Position numbers and translations under genes: made by a program. Below are positions 1 to 7,958 of a stretch of DNA of 64,000 nt, piece after piece. The notes beneath the pieces are model-generated. The model was not told the DNA's origin and made no database searches. It saw only the letters and a list, made by a program, of their open reading frames with translations. The DNA is from a virus: IMG/VR virus record IMGVR_UViG_3300024346_000012. One strand, 5' to 3'. The first letter of the stretch is position 1. Every line of letters starts with the position of its first letter.

Positions 1-288
1 TGGTTTCCACTCGTCAGTCTCTCTAAAAATATAACCAGTGGCATTAGCATTTTCATTCTGCACATGTACTGTTACCCATTCACCAGTTTCTTTCTGTATC
101 TTATAACTGTATATTACATTCTGTATATCTAATCCAGATGGATCAGGCAATATGTTTGGCATAGACCAAGCGAGAGATTGGTCCGTTATAGCATTTCCAG
201 TATACCCAAAGTACGGAGCAATACTTTCAGAGTAAGAGTAAGAGGGCGATAATACCAGCGCTAACGGCAGGAGCAGCTTTTTCAGCAT
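1..288 (-). CDS. Secreted hypothetical protein, partial (runs off the window start)
   Basis: Manual translation from ATG at 288: MLKKLLLPLALVLSPSYSYSESIAPYFGY...; signal-peptide-like N-terminus, open to position 1, overlaps the end of the upstream ORF. Confidence 0.6.
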   Translation of the reverse strand, partial: MLKKLLLPLALVLSPSYSYSESIAPYFGYTGNAITDQSLAWSMPNILPDPSGLDIQNVIYSYKIQKETGEWVTVHVQNENANATGYIFRETDEWKP

Positions 289-817
289 CTATAGGTCCCA
301 TCAAATTAAGTTCTTTTTCAGTTTCTTCAACGTGAGTTTCCCAACCCAACTTAGCAGCATCACCGATTAAACCATTATACGGGCATGGCGTACCAGCATT
401 CATCATTGCCTTAAACACGTTTTCATCTTGACACATAGTTGATACCGCAGCCACTTTCATTCCCATATCATATAAGACTTTTGCATTTTTTAATCTTTTA
501 CAATTCTCTTCAGTATAAGTGCCTCCTGCAGATATGCCTAAAATCTGAGTTTGTACTGAAGCAGAAGCTCCGATAGTACACAGATCAGAATTATTACCTG
601 CACTAAATTGTGGCGCAATCGCAGAAGGAGGAGGTTGTTTTATGGTTGTGGTCATTTGACCATCAGTTGTTATATTGGAATCAGTCCCTGATAATGTGCA
701 GACATACCCGACAGGACATTCTGCTGCATCTTGGGCTTTAACCTGAATAGCAACTATCAATAGCGTAAACAAACTTAATGCCATTAACAAAAATAATCTA
801 TGCAACTTTTTATACAT
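227..817 (-). CDS. Cys-containing exported/membrane-anchored hypothetical protein
   Basis: Signal peptide, several Cys, hydrophobic C-terminal tail; TATAAATA late promoter at 850-857. Confidence 0.65.
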   Translation of the reverse strand: MYKKLHRLFLLMALSLFTLLIVAIQVKAQDAAECPVGYVCTLSGTDSNITTDGQMTTTIKQPPPSAIAPQFSAGNNSDLCTIGASASVQTQILGISAGGTYTEENCKRLKNAKVLYDMGMKVAAVSTMCQDENVFKAMMNAGTPCPYNGLIGDAAKLGWETHVEETEKELNLMGPIDAEKAAPAVSAGIIALLLLL

Positions 818-849
818 TTAAATACCACCAATCATTGTAAGTCATACAG

Positions 850-857
850 TATTTATA
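850..857 (-). promoter_or_regulatory. T4-type late promoter TATAAATA
   Basis: Exact match upstream of ORF 227..817; gp55 is encoded in the window. Confidence 0.7.
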
Positions 858-861
858 TACC

Positions 862-1236
862 TTATAGATCTTCTTTTGTTTTTATTTTATCCCACGGCTG
901 AGGTCCAGCATATGGCTCCCACTCTGCTCCAGCAATAATTAAGCATGACATTGGAGGCTTGTCTCCATTGGGAAAAGATAAGACAACAGCTAAAGTACCA
1001 GTGTCTTGGTTTAAGAATATTCCAGCTTCGGAAGTAAATGTCTTTCCATTTTTAGCAGATATTGTACCTGTTCCACTAAGCAATAAAGAGTTCTTATACT
1101 GTATCATTATTCTCATTACTTCGGGCGATGGATCGCATGGCACATTTATTTGTAACATATCAGCGTGCGCTGGAGCACAAGCAGTGATGAATCCTAAGGC
1201 CAATAATAGTTTTTTCATAGTATAGTCCTTTCTCAT
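862..1236 (-). CDS. Exported hypothetical protein
   Basis: Signal peptide MKKLLLALGFITACAPAHA (probable start at the second Met), two further Cys. Confidence 0.6.
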   Translation of the reverse strand: MRKDYTMKKLLLALGFITACAPAHADMLQINVPCDPSPEVMRIMIQYKNSLLLSGTGTISAKNGKTFTSEAGIFLNQDTGTLAVVLSFPNGDKPPMSCLIIAGAEWEPYAGPQPWDKIKTKEDL

Positions 1237-1266
1237 AAAAAAAAGGGGGGCTCACCATGGCCCCCC
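1237..1266 (-). terminator. Intrinsic terminator
   Basis: GGGGGGC-catggtga-GCCCCCC stem followed by a T-run on the minus strand. Confidence 0.75.
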
Positions 1267-1295
1267 GCGCACTTATTAAGTAAGTGACCCTATGG

Positions 1296-1303
1296 TATTT
1301 ATA
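1296..1303 (-). promoter_or_regulatory. T4-type late promoter TATAAATA
   Basis: Exact match immediately after the stop of the OMP-like gene. Confidence 0.6.
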
Positions 1304-1696
1304 TCAGAAGGCGAAAGTAGCACCTACTTTAGTAGCTACATTGTCTGATGCGTCAAAATCCCAAGTTGTTTCACCGAACAACTCAAAGCCGCCAAACACT
1401 TCATATGTGGCACCAAGATTGACTTTTGGGTCGTCAAACGCGTTGCTCAATTGAAACTCTTCATTGTTATAAACTGGCAAGTCCATATCAGCTGACAAGC
1501 CAATACCGAACATTGAATAACCGATTTCAGGAGTTACCTTTACACCGAAATCATCTACTGCGTTACCTGCAGCATCGTTAATTGTGTATGCTGCTTCTGA
1601 TGTTACACCCCAAGTGATGCCTGTTCCACCGATCTCATTGGCTGAGACTGATGTTGCCGTTACTAAAGCGGCTGCTGCGATTGCTGCGATTTTCAT
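1304..1696 (-). CDS. Small outer-membrane beta-barrel protein
   Basis: Signal peptide, alternating amphipathic strands, C-terminal BAM-type signature ...VGATFAF. Confidence 0.7.
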   Translation of the reverse strand: MKIAAIAAAALVTATSVSANEIGGTGITWGVTSEAAYTINDAAGNAVDDFGVKVTPEIGYSMFGIGLSADMDLPVYNNEEFQLSNAFDDPKVNLGATYEVFGGFELFGETTWDFDASDNVATKVGATFAF

Positions 1697-1731
1697 TTTC
1701 TTTTTTCCTAGATTAAATTAAACATTATAAA

Positions 1732-1950
1732 AGTTGCCACTTTTCTGTTGCTAGGTAAGTGGCCAACCCCCTGTGATCATGCCGCTAAGGCAAATCCAGA
1801 TGGTGCAAAATTGTCGTTTGCATTTGTGTTTGTAAACTTGAATACATGTCGATCCTAGTTCAGCCCCATCAGAAATACACCTTATGTACTTGTGGTGGAG
1901 CTGCTCGGTACTGCCCCGAGGTCCATACATCCGTTATTAACGCTTACATC
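1732..1950 (-). ncRNA. ssrA: tmRNA, circularly permuted two-piece (alphaproteobacterial type)
   Basis: On the minus strand the acceptor piece (GACCTCGGGGCAGTACCGAGCAGCTCCACCA, CCA end at 1893) precedes an intervening segment and the coding piece starting GGGGCTGAA at 1867; tag ORF 1821-1777 encodes ANDNFAPSGFALAA*. Confidence 0.93.
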
Positions 1951-1954
1951 TTAT

Positions 1955-1983
1955 ATATTACTTTATAGCCAATACTTTGTACA
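1955..1983 (-). promoter_or_regulatory. Sigma70-like promoter for tmRNA (TGTACA-17-TAATAT)
   Basis: Same -35 hexamer and spacing as other early promoters in the window. Confidence 0.55.
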
Positions 1984-2052
1984 TAGCTTTCAACAATGTA
2001 TCTGTCCTGTGATATAATTATTACACTTCCGTTCTCGGTATAAGCGTAATAC

Positions 2053-2349
2053 TTATTCTTCCTTTTCACTATCGTGGATATAGAGTTGGATGAGGGCATA
2101 GTGGAGAACTTTCATTAAATCTTTACGGGCGTCATCACGACTACCTTTTTTCCCATAACGATTTGAATACTTGTCGACATTTCCCATGCAAAAACCTGTG
2201 CCATGACCACGTTCAATGATTACTTCTGTTGATTGAAATTTATTTGTGGCGTAATGCCCATCATATGTAGCATCGATATACGCTTGAAACTCATTAATCA
2301 ATGCGCCTTCGTTAAATTTATATTCTACATTACTTATTTCTTTTGCCAT
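2053..2349 (-). CDS. DUF3310-like (T7 gp1.7-like nucleotide kinase family) protein
   Basis: HY...GFCMGNVDKYSNRYGKK...DLMKVLHY motif typical of the family. Confidence 0.7.
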   Translation of the reverse strand: MAKEISNVEYKFNEGALINEFQAYIDATYDGHYATNKFQSTEVIIERGHGTGFCMGNVDKYSNRYGKKGSRDDARKDLMKVLHYALIQLYIHDSEKEE

Positions 2350-2519
2350 AATTCAAGCTTCTCCATTATATTTATTCTTTGTTCTTCACTATAAGAAGAC
2401 CACTCAGTGATCTCCTGAGAAGTGCGTTTACACCCTATGCACGTACCAGTAAATGCATCAATTTTACATATCTGAGTACAAGGACTAGATGCTTTTACTA
2501 ATCCCAAGTGCCGTCCCAC
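2334..2519 (-). CDS. DUF1289 small Fe-S/Cys protein
   Basis: SPCTQICKID...CIGCKRTSQEITEW motif. Confidence 0.85.
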   Translation of the reverse strand: MGRHLGLVKASSPCTQICKIDAFTGTCIGCKRTSQEITEWSSYSEEQRINIMEKLELWQKK

Positions 2520-2983
2520 ACATAAAACACGTGTTTATCAATTATTTTACTTACTTCCATTTGATCTGCCCACACCGGATTCACATACGTAGCGTGATAA
2601 AATGTAGCTCCCTTTGTAGGATCATCTACGTTTCCTATCATCACATCTCTGGCAATAGCCCGAGCTTGCTTCCACGATTTGTTTTCTTTGGGCGTCTGAT
2701 CTTTAATCATAAACGTCCAACTAAACTGCTTTGGTTGGTAGACTACATCGCATATACTATTAGGCCATTCCTTATGCTCTACTCTATTCATGGTAACATG
2801 GGCAACAGCGATTTGGCCTTCAATGACCTCGCCGCGAGCCTCGTGATATATATTCATCGCCAAACAATTTTGGCTTTTAGGATCTATATCGGGTTGACCA
2901 CCCATAGAAAGAGTTATGACAAGTGCCCCAGTTAGTACTGACATAGTTAATAATCCGCTTGTTATGTTTAAAGTTCTTGACAT
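2498..2983 (-). CDS. Cell wall hydrolase, SleB/Hydrolase_2 family
   Basis: CLAMNIYHEARGE...AVAHVTMNRV...CDVVYQPKQFSW...GATFYHA...H.FY; N-terminal TM; true start may be downstream (TATAAATA at 2988-2995). Confidence 0.9.
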   Translation of the reverse strand: MSRTLNITSGLLTMSVLTGALVITLSMGGQPDIDPKSQNCLAMNIYHEARGEVIEGQIAVAHVTMNRVEHKEWPNSICDVVYQPKQFSWTFMIKDQTPKENKSWKQARAIARDVMIGNVDDPTKGATFYHATYVNPVWADQMEVSKIIDKHVFYVWDGTWD

Positions 2984-2999
2984 AGGATATTTATAAACC

Positions 3000-3215
3000 T
3001 TACAGTCCTAGAACACGACCTGCGTGTTCTTTTAAACCCTTATAGGGATTTTCAGTTAAAAACTCTGCAATCTGCTCGAAATAAAACGCAGATTTTTCCT
3101 CGCCTTCAAGTTCTAAAACTCCGGCGCATTCACTCATGAAATCAATAACTTCACGCAGAGCAACACGGCCATCGTTTCCCATGGCCGCTTTATGTGATTT
3201 ACCTTTACGCTGCAT
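3000..3215 (-). CDS. Hypothetical protein
   Basis: ORF with start adjusted to MQRKGK, overlapping the upstream gene. Confidence 0.55.
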   Translation of the reverse strand: MQRKGKSHKAAMGNDGRVALREVIDFMSECAGVLELEGEEKSAFYFEQIAEFLTENPYKGLKEHAGRVLGL

Positions 3216-3435
3216 TAGAAGGTTCCTCCATTGTAAGTTCAGTCCTCCAGAGATCATGTTGAAGTTCCATCTCAGCTTCCATCCTTTCAATGTTTTGCTG
3301 AAGATCGTCAACAATATCAAGCAGTTCAATTAAAACAGTGGCACGACTATGGCCAAAATTATGAGAACGACGAACAATGCTCATCAATTTCTTTCTCATC
3401 ATCAATGCATCTTGAATATCATTTACAATAATCAT
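3205..3435 (-). CDS. Hypothetical coiled-coil protein
   Basis: Translationally coupled ORF (TAATG overlap). Confidence 0.55.
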   Translation of the reverse strand: MIIVNDIQDALMMRKKLMSIVRRSHNFGHSRATVLIELLDIVDDLQQNIERMEAEMELQHDLWRTELTMEEPSNAA

Positions 3436-3836
3436 TACGCTACTTCCTCCATATTATAAACTAAATTAGCGGCTGACATTTCAGGCTTAAATCCGATTGC
3501 AACAAAACCATAGTTAGCTACAACCATTACATTACCTTCTACATCAACGATGATATCACCGACTGAAAGTGAAGACATACGTGAGAAACGCGTAATCGCT
3601 GACTCAGGGCCAATGTTACCGATTTCAAAGCAATGCTCAGGAGTTTCAGCACGAATGTCAGAAACATGAGTATAAAGACCATCTGTAAGAGCTTGATCAG
3701 CGATACCAGAAATGTTATTTCCGCTAAAATCAAAGTTCATCTCTGTTTTAGCTTCACGCTTAGCGTTAGTTTCGCCAGCATTGATGGCTGCGATATCTGC
3801 TTTAGAGTATTGAATTTGCCAAACTGTAAAAATCAT
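3435..3836 (-). CDS. Early protein, YodL-like motif
   Basis: FEIGN...RMSSLSVGDIIV resembles YodL-like domains; RBS GGAG and early promoter directly upstream. Confidence 0.55.
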   Translation of the reverse strand: MIFTVWQIQYSKADIAAINAGETNAKREAKTEMNFDFSGNNISGIADQALTDGLYTHVSDIRAETPEHCFEIGNIGPESAITRFSRMSSLSVGDIIVDVEGNVMVVANYGFVAIGFKPEMSAANLVYNMEEVA

Positions 3837-3861
3837 GTTATTATCTCCATTTGATAATACC

Positions 3862-3931
3862 ATCCTACAGCATATTAAAAGCAATGTACACAAAAAAGCG
3901 CCGATCGAAATCGTTTAAAAACAACAACTTG
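3862..3931 (-). promoter_or_regulatory. Early promoter TGTACA-17-TAGGAT with T-tract UP element and IHF-like site
   Basis: Near-identical context (AAAAGCAATGTACACAAAAAA) to the promoter at 10066-10145. Confidence 0.7.
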
Positions 3932-4024
3932 TAAAATAAATTTATTTAAACTGCTTTAATGCTTGTAGAATGTATCTTCTATGCAGTCTATATTCTGCCA
4001 CTATCTGAGCAAATGATTTTTCTG

Positions 4025-5095
4025 TCATACTAGAAACTCCGCTAAAGTTGCTTTTTGTTGTTTTGCTTCAAGCGCTTCAGGGCGCCAAATATCAGGATAC
4101 ATAGGCTTATCATTTTTATCCATCATATAATAACCTGAAGCATTTTTAAGACCTCGGCCAGAACGATCGAGATTATTTAAAAACCTGATATAGATGCATA
4201 AGGTATCTTCGTGTGCCACAGCATTTGTACCAAGGTTTTCTGTAAGATCTGCTAGTGCTCGATCGTGATATTCTACTTGACTCATCCCTTTTGGCTTTCG
4301 AAACATTTGTTCGATTGCTTGTCTAGCATTATTACCACAATATAAACTACTATTAGGATCTACATATTGTGGATGATACGTAGCAATGTCTGCAATGGCT
4401 TGTGCATATGGAAAGTTCCAACGACGAATCCCGTTGTCTATATTTTTCTGGTTAAGTCTATCAGTTAAACTCTTTTGTTCAAGCGGTGGATTACCTGCAT
4501 TATAGTTTTCTTTAAGATGTTCTGTCAGTTCGCCCATTAGTTCTAAACCAAAACTCGTTATATGTTCAGGAAGATTCATACCTTTCTTCGGAGTAGGGTT
4601 CTGGTTACCAATAGTAGAAAACATCTTTTTACCAGCTTTTTTCCACTGCTTCATAAGATTCGCCATCTCATCTGCAGTTTCATACATTCCGAAATGACTA
4701 ACTATGCTATGATGATATCCGTGCCATGGTTTGCCAGCATAAAATCCTGATCCAGTACTACGATGCGTATAATAAGCAAACACATATTCTCGAAGAGTCC
4801 ATTTATTTGTCACATATTTCTGAACTCGTTCTTGTACCTCTTTCGGCCTTTTCTTAAATACTACTTGATTAGTGCCGTGATTTAAATCTTGGTTTACGTT
4901 ATTGAATCCTTCATACGTTCTAGACACACAGTTGTAAGCAGGGATATTTTGCATTAACTCGTCGTTCACGTGTTCGTCAGCTTCAGGTCCAAGATAATCA
5001 GCATCGCCGATTAGGCAATTCTCTTCAAGCCATTTTGAACGAGGCCAGAAATAATCCACATAACAATCGTAATTTGGTCGTCTTTCTAATTCCAT
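4025..5095 (-). CDS. Putative hydroxymethyl-pyrimidine DNA modification enzyme (HMUDK helical / aGPT-Pplase1-like)
   Basis: Motifs YNCVSR, FPYAQAIADI, CGNNARQAI and EDTLCIYIRF parallel the F.NV.R, F.AYQ..D, GPGA..GI and N..CE..KY motifs remembered for the family; C-terminal clamp-like motif TLAEFL; nucleotide-modification context. Confidence 0.5.
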   Translation of the reverse strand: MELERRPNYDCYVDYFWPRSKWLEENCLIGDADYLGPEADEHVNDELMQNIPAYNCVSRTYEGFNNVNQDLNHGTNQVVFKKRPKEVQERVQKYVTNKWTLREYVFAYYTHRSTGSGFYAGKPWHGYHHSIVSHFGMYETADEMANLMKQWKKAGKKMFSTIGNQNPTPKKGMNLPEHITSFGLELMGELTEHLKENYNAGNPPLEQKSLTDRLNQKNIDNGIRRWNFPYAQAIADIATYHPQYVDPNSSLYCGNNARQAIEQMFRKPKGMSQVEYHDRALADLTENLGTNAVAHEDTLCIYIRFLNNLDRSGRGLKNASGYYMMDKNDKPMYPDIWRPEALEAKQQKATLAEFLV

Positions 5096-6030
5096 TACAT
5101 AAAACTTTCTAGTGTGTTTTCGCTCTCACCCCAATTCATACGGCGATAAAACATGGGATTAAGATGTACTGATTGGGGTCTTTCCATTTTATCTATAGCA
5201 TATTTTTCTTCATTCATATCATACCAAGCTTGAGGTGGTTTTACTAATTTCATTTCATATATTTTCATACAGCCTTCCATATCCCAAGCTGCTTTCATTC
5301 TTTCATCTCTTGAGCCCCAAAATGGTTGCTTCTTGTAATACCCGGTCTGAGGAAGTTTACGGCCTTCGAATTCAATTGGCCACGGCACCGCGTATTCTAC
5401 TTCAATGCCAAGACTCTTTCCGAAATCGCTATATGCTTCGACCATTTTATAGATGCTAGTTTCTACTCTGCATAAATGGTGACGTACATCAATATTGCCA
5501 AGAGATATGGTAACACCTTTATGATGCGGTTTGATATGAGACCTGATGTATGCAAAATCTTCATTGATTTGGCCAAACAATGTAGTACCATCTTGCTTGA
5601 CTACACTACTATTCTTCGGTGCATATGCGCACACGTGACTGTCACCGATTGCTAACCATTCGTGTGGTAAATCACTGCCTACAAGAGGCTTAGCTTCAGA
5701 AAGCTTCTCAGTTATTGCATCGCACCAATCTTTGTCAGTTACGTCTTTTCGCTTCTTTAACTGCGCACCGTAGTCAACTGGAGAGCCGTCCAGTACTGTT
5801 ATTGTTTCTGAAGCGAGCAAGTTATCGATCCAAACCTTAATAACTTCGTTAAACCCACCCATAAGATTAATAGTACCACCAAAATTAGCACCAGGCAAAA
5901 GATAAACATCTTTGTGCTTTCCATTCGTATGGTCAATGGGTACATTAAGATTTTCTGACCAAGTTCTGGCATAGCCATAACTGTGGCTTGATGTCTTCTT
6001 AGGTATTTTACTAAAGGTTCCGACTATCAT
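5095..6030 (-). CDS. SGNH/GDSL-fold hydrolase or acyltransferase
   Basis: Block I IGDSH, block III LGNID, block V SVHL; C-terminal TLESFM clamp-like motif. Confidence 0.65.
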   Translation of the reverse strand: MIVGTFSKIPKKTSSHSYGYARTWSENLNVPIDHTNGKHKDVYLLPGANFGGTINLMGGFNEVIKVWIDNLLASETITVLDGSPVDYGAQLKKRKDVTDKDWCDAITEKLSEAKPLVGSDLPHEWLAIGDSHVCAYAPKNSSVVKQDGTTLFGQINEDFAYIRSHIKPHHKGVTISLGNIDVRHHLCRVETSIYKMVEAYSDFGKSLGIEVEYAVPWPIEFEGRKLPQTGYYKKQPFWGSRDERMKAAWDMEGCMKIYEMKLVKPPQAWYDMNEEKYAIDKMERPQSVHLNPMFYRRMNWGESENTLESFM

Positions 6031-6467
6031 TCTATAAACTCATAATCAACACCAGCTTCACTAAAGAGTTCCGATGAATATGCAAACGACTCGATCCATC
6101 GTTGTGGGTATTCTGCTAGCGGCATAACAACTCTCTTAATTCCAACCTGAATAATACCCTTTGCGCAATCAGAGCAGACAGGTAATCCATGAACATAGAG
6201 AGTTGCACCGTCAAGTGATACACCATTATATGTAGCATTGTATATGCAGTTCATTTCAGCATGAACTACAAACTTATACTTAACATCTTTGTTTGCATAT
6301 CGATCAAAACTATCACTAATTCCTCTTGGAAATCCGTTGTAGCCTTGAGCAAGCACTTGTCCTTTTGATCCTACAGCAATCGCACCGATTTTAGATGAAG
6401 GATCTTTCGACCAATTAGCGACTCCAGATGCTAGATCAAGATATCGCTTATCCCATTTATTAACCAT
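6027..6467 (-). CDS. cd: dCMP deaminase
   Basis: HAEMN and PCxxC-type (LPVCSDC) zinc motifs, SKDPS, GYNGFPRG; start reset to MVNKWDKRY. Confidence 0.92.
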   Translation of the reverse strand: MVNKWDKRYLDLASGVANWSKDPSSKIGAIAVGSKGQVLAQGYNGFPRGISDSFDRYANKDVKYKFVVHAEMNCIYNATYNGVSLDGATLYVHGLPVCSDCAKGIIQVGIKRVVMPLAEYPQRWIESFAYSSELFSEAGVDYEFIE

Positions 6468-6515
6468 AATATAAACCTTTTTTTGTGTCGAGTAGGACTT
6501 TCGCCCTACTCGTTT

Positions 6516-6544
6516 ATTATACACTATTTTTTCATGATTGTAAA
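6516..6544 (-). promoter_or_regulatory. Sigma70-like promoter TTTACA-17-TATAAT
   Basis: Near-consensus hexamers overlapping the NCS1 stop, followed by a GAAA-tetraloop hairpin in the leader. Confidence 0.7.
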
Positions 6545-7915
6545 ATAAATAATTCCACCGAGTGCGGCACCAATTACCCATCCGAATCCTGATAAGAAGC
6601 CAAGAACTGGCAACCATACCGTTCCAAGAGAGAACGCTGCAGGCAATGCCCAAGCTGCGAGTGCTTTCTTGTTCCAACCATTGTCATAATAGTATTCACC
6701 ATCTTCAGATGCATTAAATAGTTCATCAATATCTAGTGCTTCTTTCTTGATCATATAGTGATCGACCATCATAATACCATAGATCGGAGCGAGTACAGCG
6801 CCAAAGGTATTTACAAAATTGAAGATACCCATTTGACTTACTACTGAAACCCAAAGACCACCAATTACGAGAGCAAATGCCGATGTAATCAAACCACCAA
6901 GTCTAAAGTCGATCTTAGCTGGTGCTAGATTGGCAAGATCATAAGCAGGTGGAATAAAGTTAGCCACCATATTAATGCCAACAGTCGCAAAGAAGAACGC
7001 GATAGCAGCTACAATAGTAAGTGGTAAAGATCCGACAGCTGCCACAATATCAGTAGGATTTGTCATTGGTTCACCGAAGACTACAATAGTACCAGCAGTA
7101 ACTACTAAAGCGATTAACGAAAAGAAAGCAATGTTTAATGGCAAGCCAAGTAGATTGCCCTTTCTCATTTCCTTTTGTGATTTTACAAATCTAGAGAAAT
7201 CACCGTAGTTAATTACAACAGCCGCAAAGTATGCAATCATTGTACCAACTACTGCGAACCACGCACTGAGTGCTGTTCCACTATAATCACCTACGCCTTG
7301 AAAGATAGTACCTACTTCTGTCATGAGTCCTGATCCGGCCGCATTCCAAATAAGAAGAGCAAGAACAATCATAACAGCATATACAAACACTCCCGCAAAA
7401 TTTAAGAACTTAGCGATAGTATCAATGCCTTTCATAAACAAGAAGATCTGAAAACCCCACACAATTAAGAACGATACCCAATCAATGCCAGTCATACCAA
7501 GCCACATACTCGATGGCTCAATTCCTAAAAGAGATTTAATTAAGAGAGACAAAGCTGTTGATGCAAAATAAGTTTGCGCGCCATACCAGAAGATGGCTAC
7601 AACAGCTCGTAATACAGCCGGAAAGTTAGCGCCCTTTACACCCATACTCGCTCGAGCCATAACTGGAAATGGAATGCCATGCTGTACAGAAGGTTTACCC
7701 ATTAGGTTTACCAGCACCATAACAAAAAGTCCTGCTACCAAAATAGCAGAAAAGACAGACCAGCCAGAAAGGCCATATGATAAGAATAGTGATGCTGCTA
7801 AAGTATATCCAAAGAGTGATTGAATATCGTTAGACCATACATTGAAAATTTCAAACCAACCCCATGTTTTTTTATCCTCGGTTACAGGGCCGAGGTCTTC
7901 ATTATGAAGTTCCAT
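6524..7915 (-). CDS. NCS1 family nucleobase:cation symporter (allantoin/uracil/cytosine permease)
   Basis: About 12 TM helices; HNEDLGP, GIPFPVMARASMG, WYGAQT, NYGDFSRF and INMVANF motifs. Confidence 0.92.
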   Translation of the reverse strand: MELHNEDLGPVTEDKKTWGWFEIFNVWSNDIQSLFGYTLAASLFLSYGLSGWSVFSAILVAGLFVMVLVNLMGKPSVQHGIPFPVMARASMGVKGANFPAVLRAVVAIFWYGAQTYFASTALSLLIKSLLGIEPSSMWLGMTGIDWVSFLIVWGFQIFLFMKGIDTIAKFLNFAGVFVYAVMIVLALLIWNAAGSGLMTEVGTIFQGVGDYSGTALSAWFAVVGTMIAYFAAVVINYGDFSRFVKSQKEMRKGNLLGLPLNIAFFSLIALVVTAGTIVVFGEPMTNPTDIVAAVGSLPLTIVAAIAFFFATVGINMVANFIPPAYDLANLAPAKIDFRLGGLITSAFALVIGGLWVSVVSQMGIFNFVNTFGAVLAPIYGIMMVDHYMIKKEALDIDELFNASEDGEYYYDNGWNKKALAAWALPAAFSLGTVWLPVLGFLSGFGWVIGAALGGIIYFTIMKK

Positions 7916-7958
7916 ATTAAGTTCCTTGTTTTGTTGTTGTGTAGTAGATATAGCAGTT

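Noticed and set aside
1893-1925. tRNA-like 3' end (T-arm + CCA) as a tRNA gene or attP
   Set aside because: It is the acceptor piece of the permuted tmRNA; no anticodon arm and no integrase nearby
6468-6677. N-terminal extension of the dCMP deaminase ORF
   Set aside because: Overlaps the NCS1 gene and a promoter; recognisable homology starts at Met 6467
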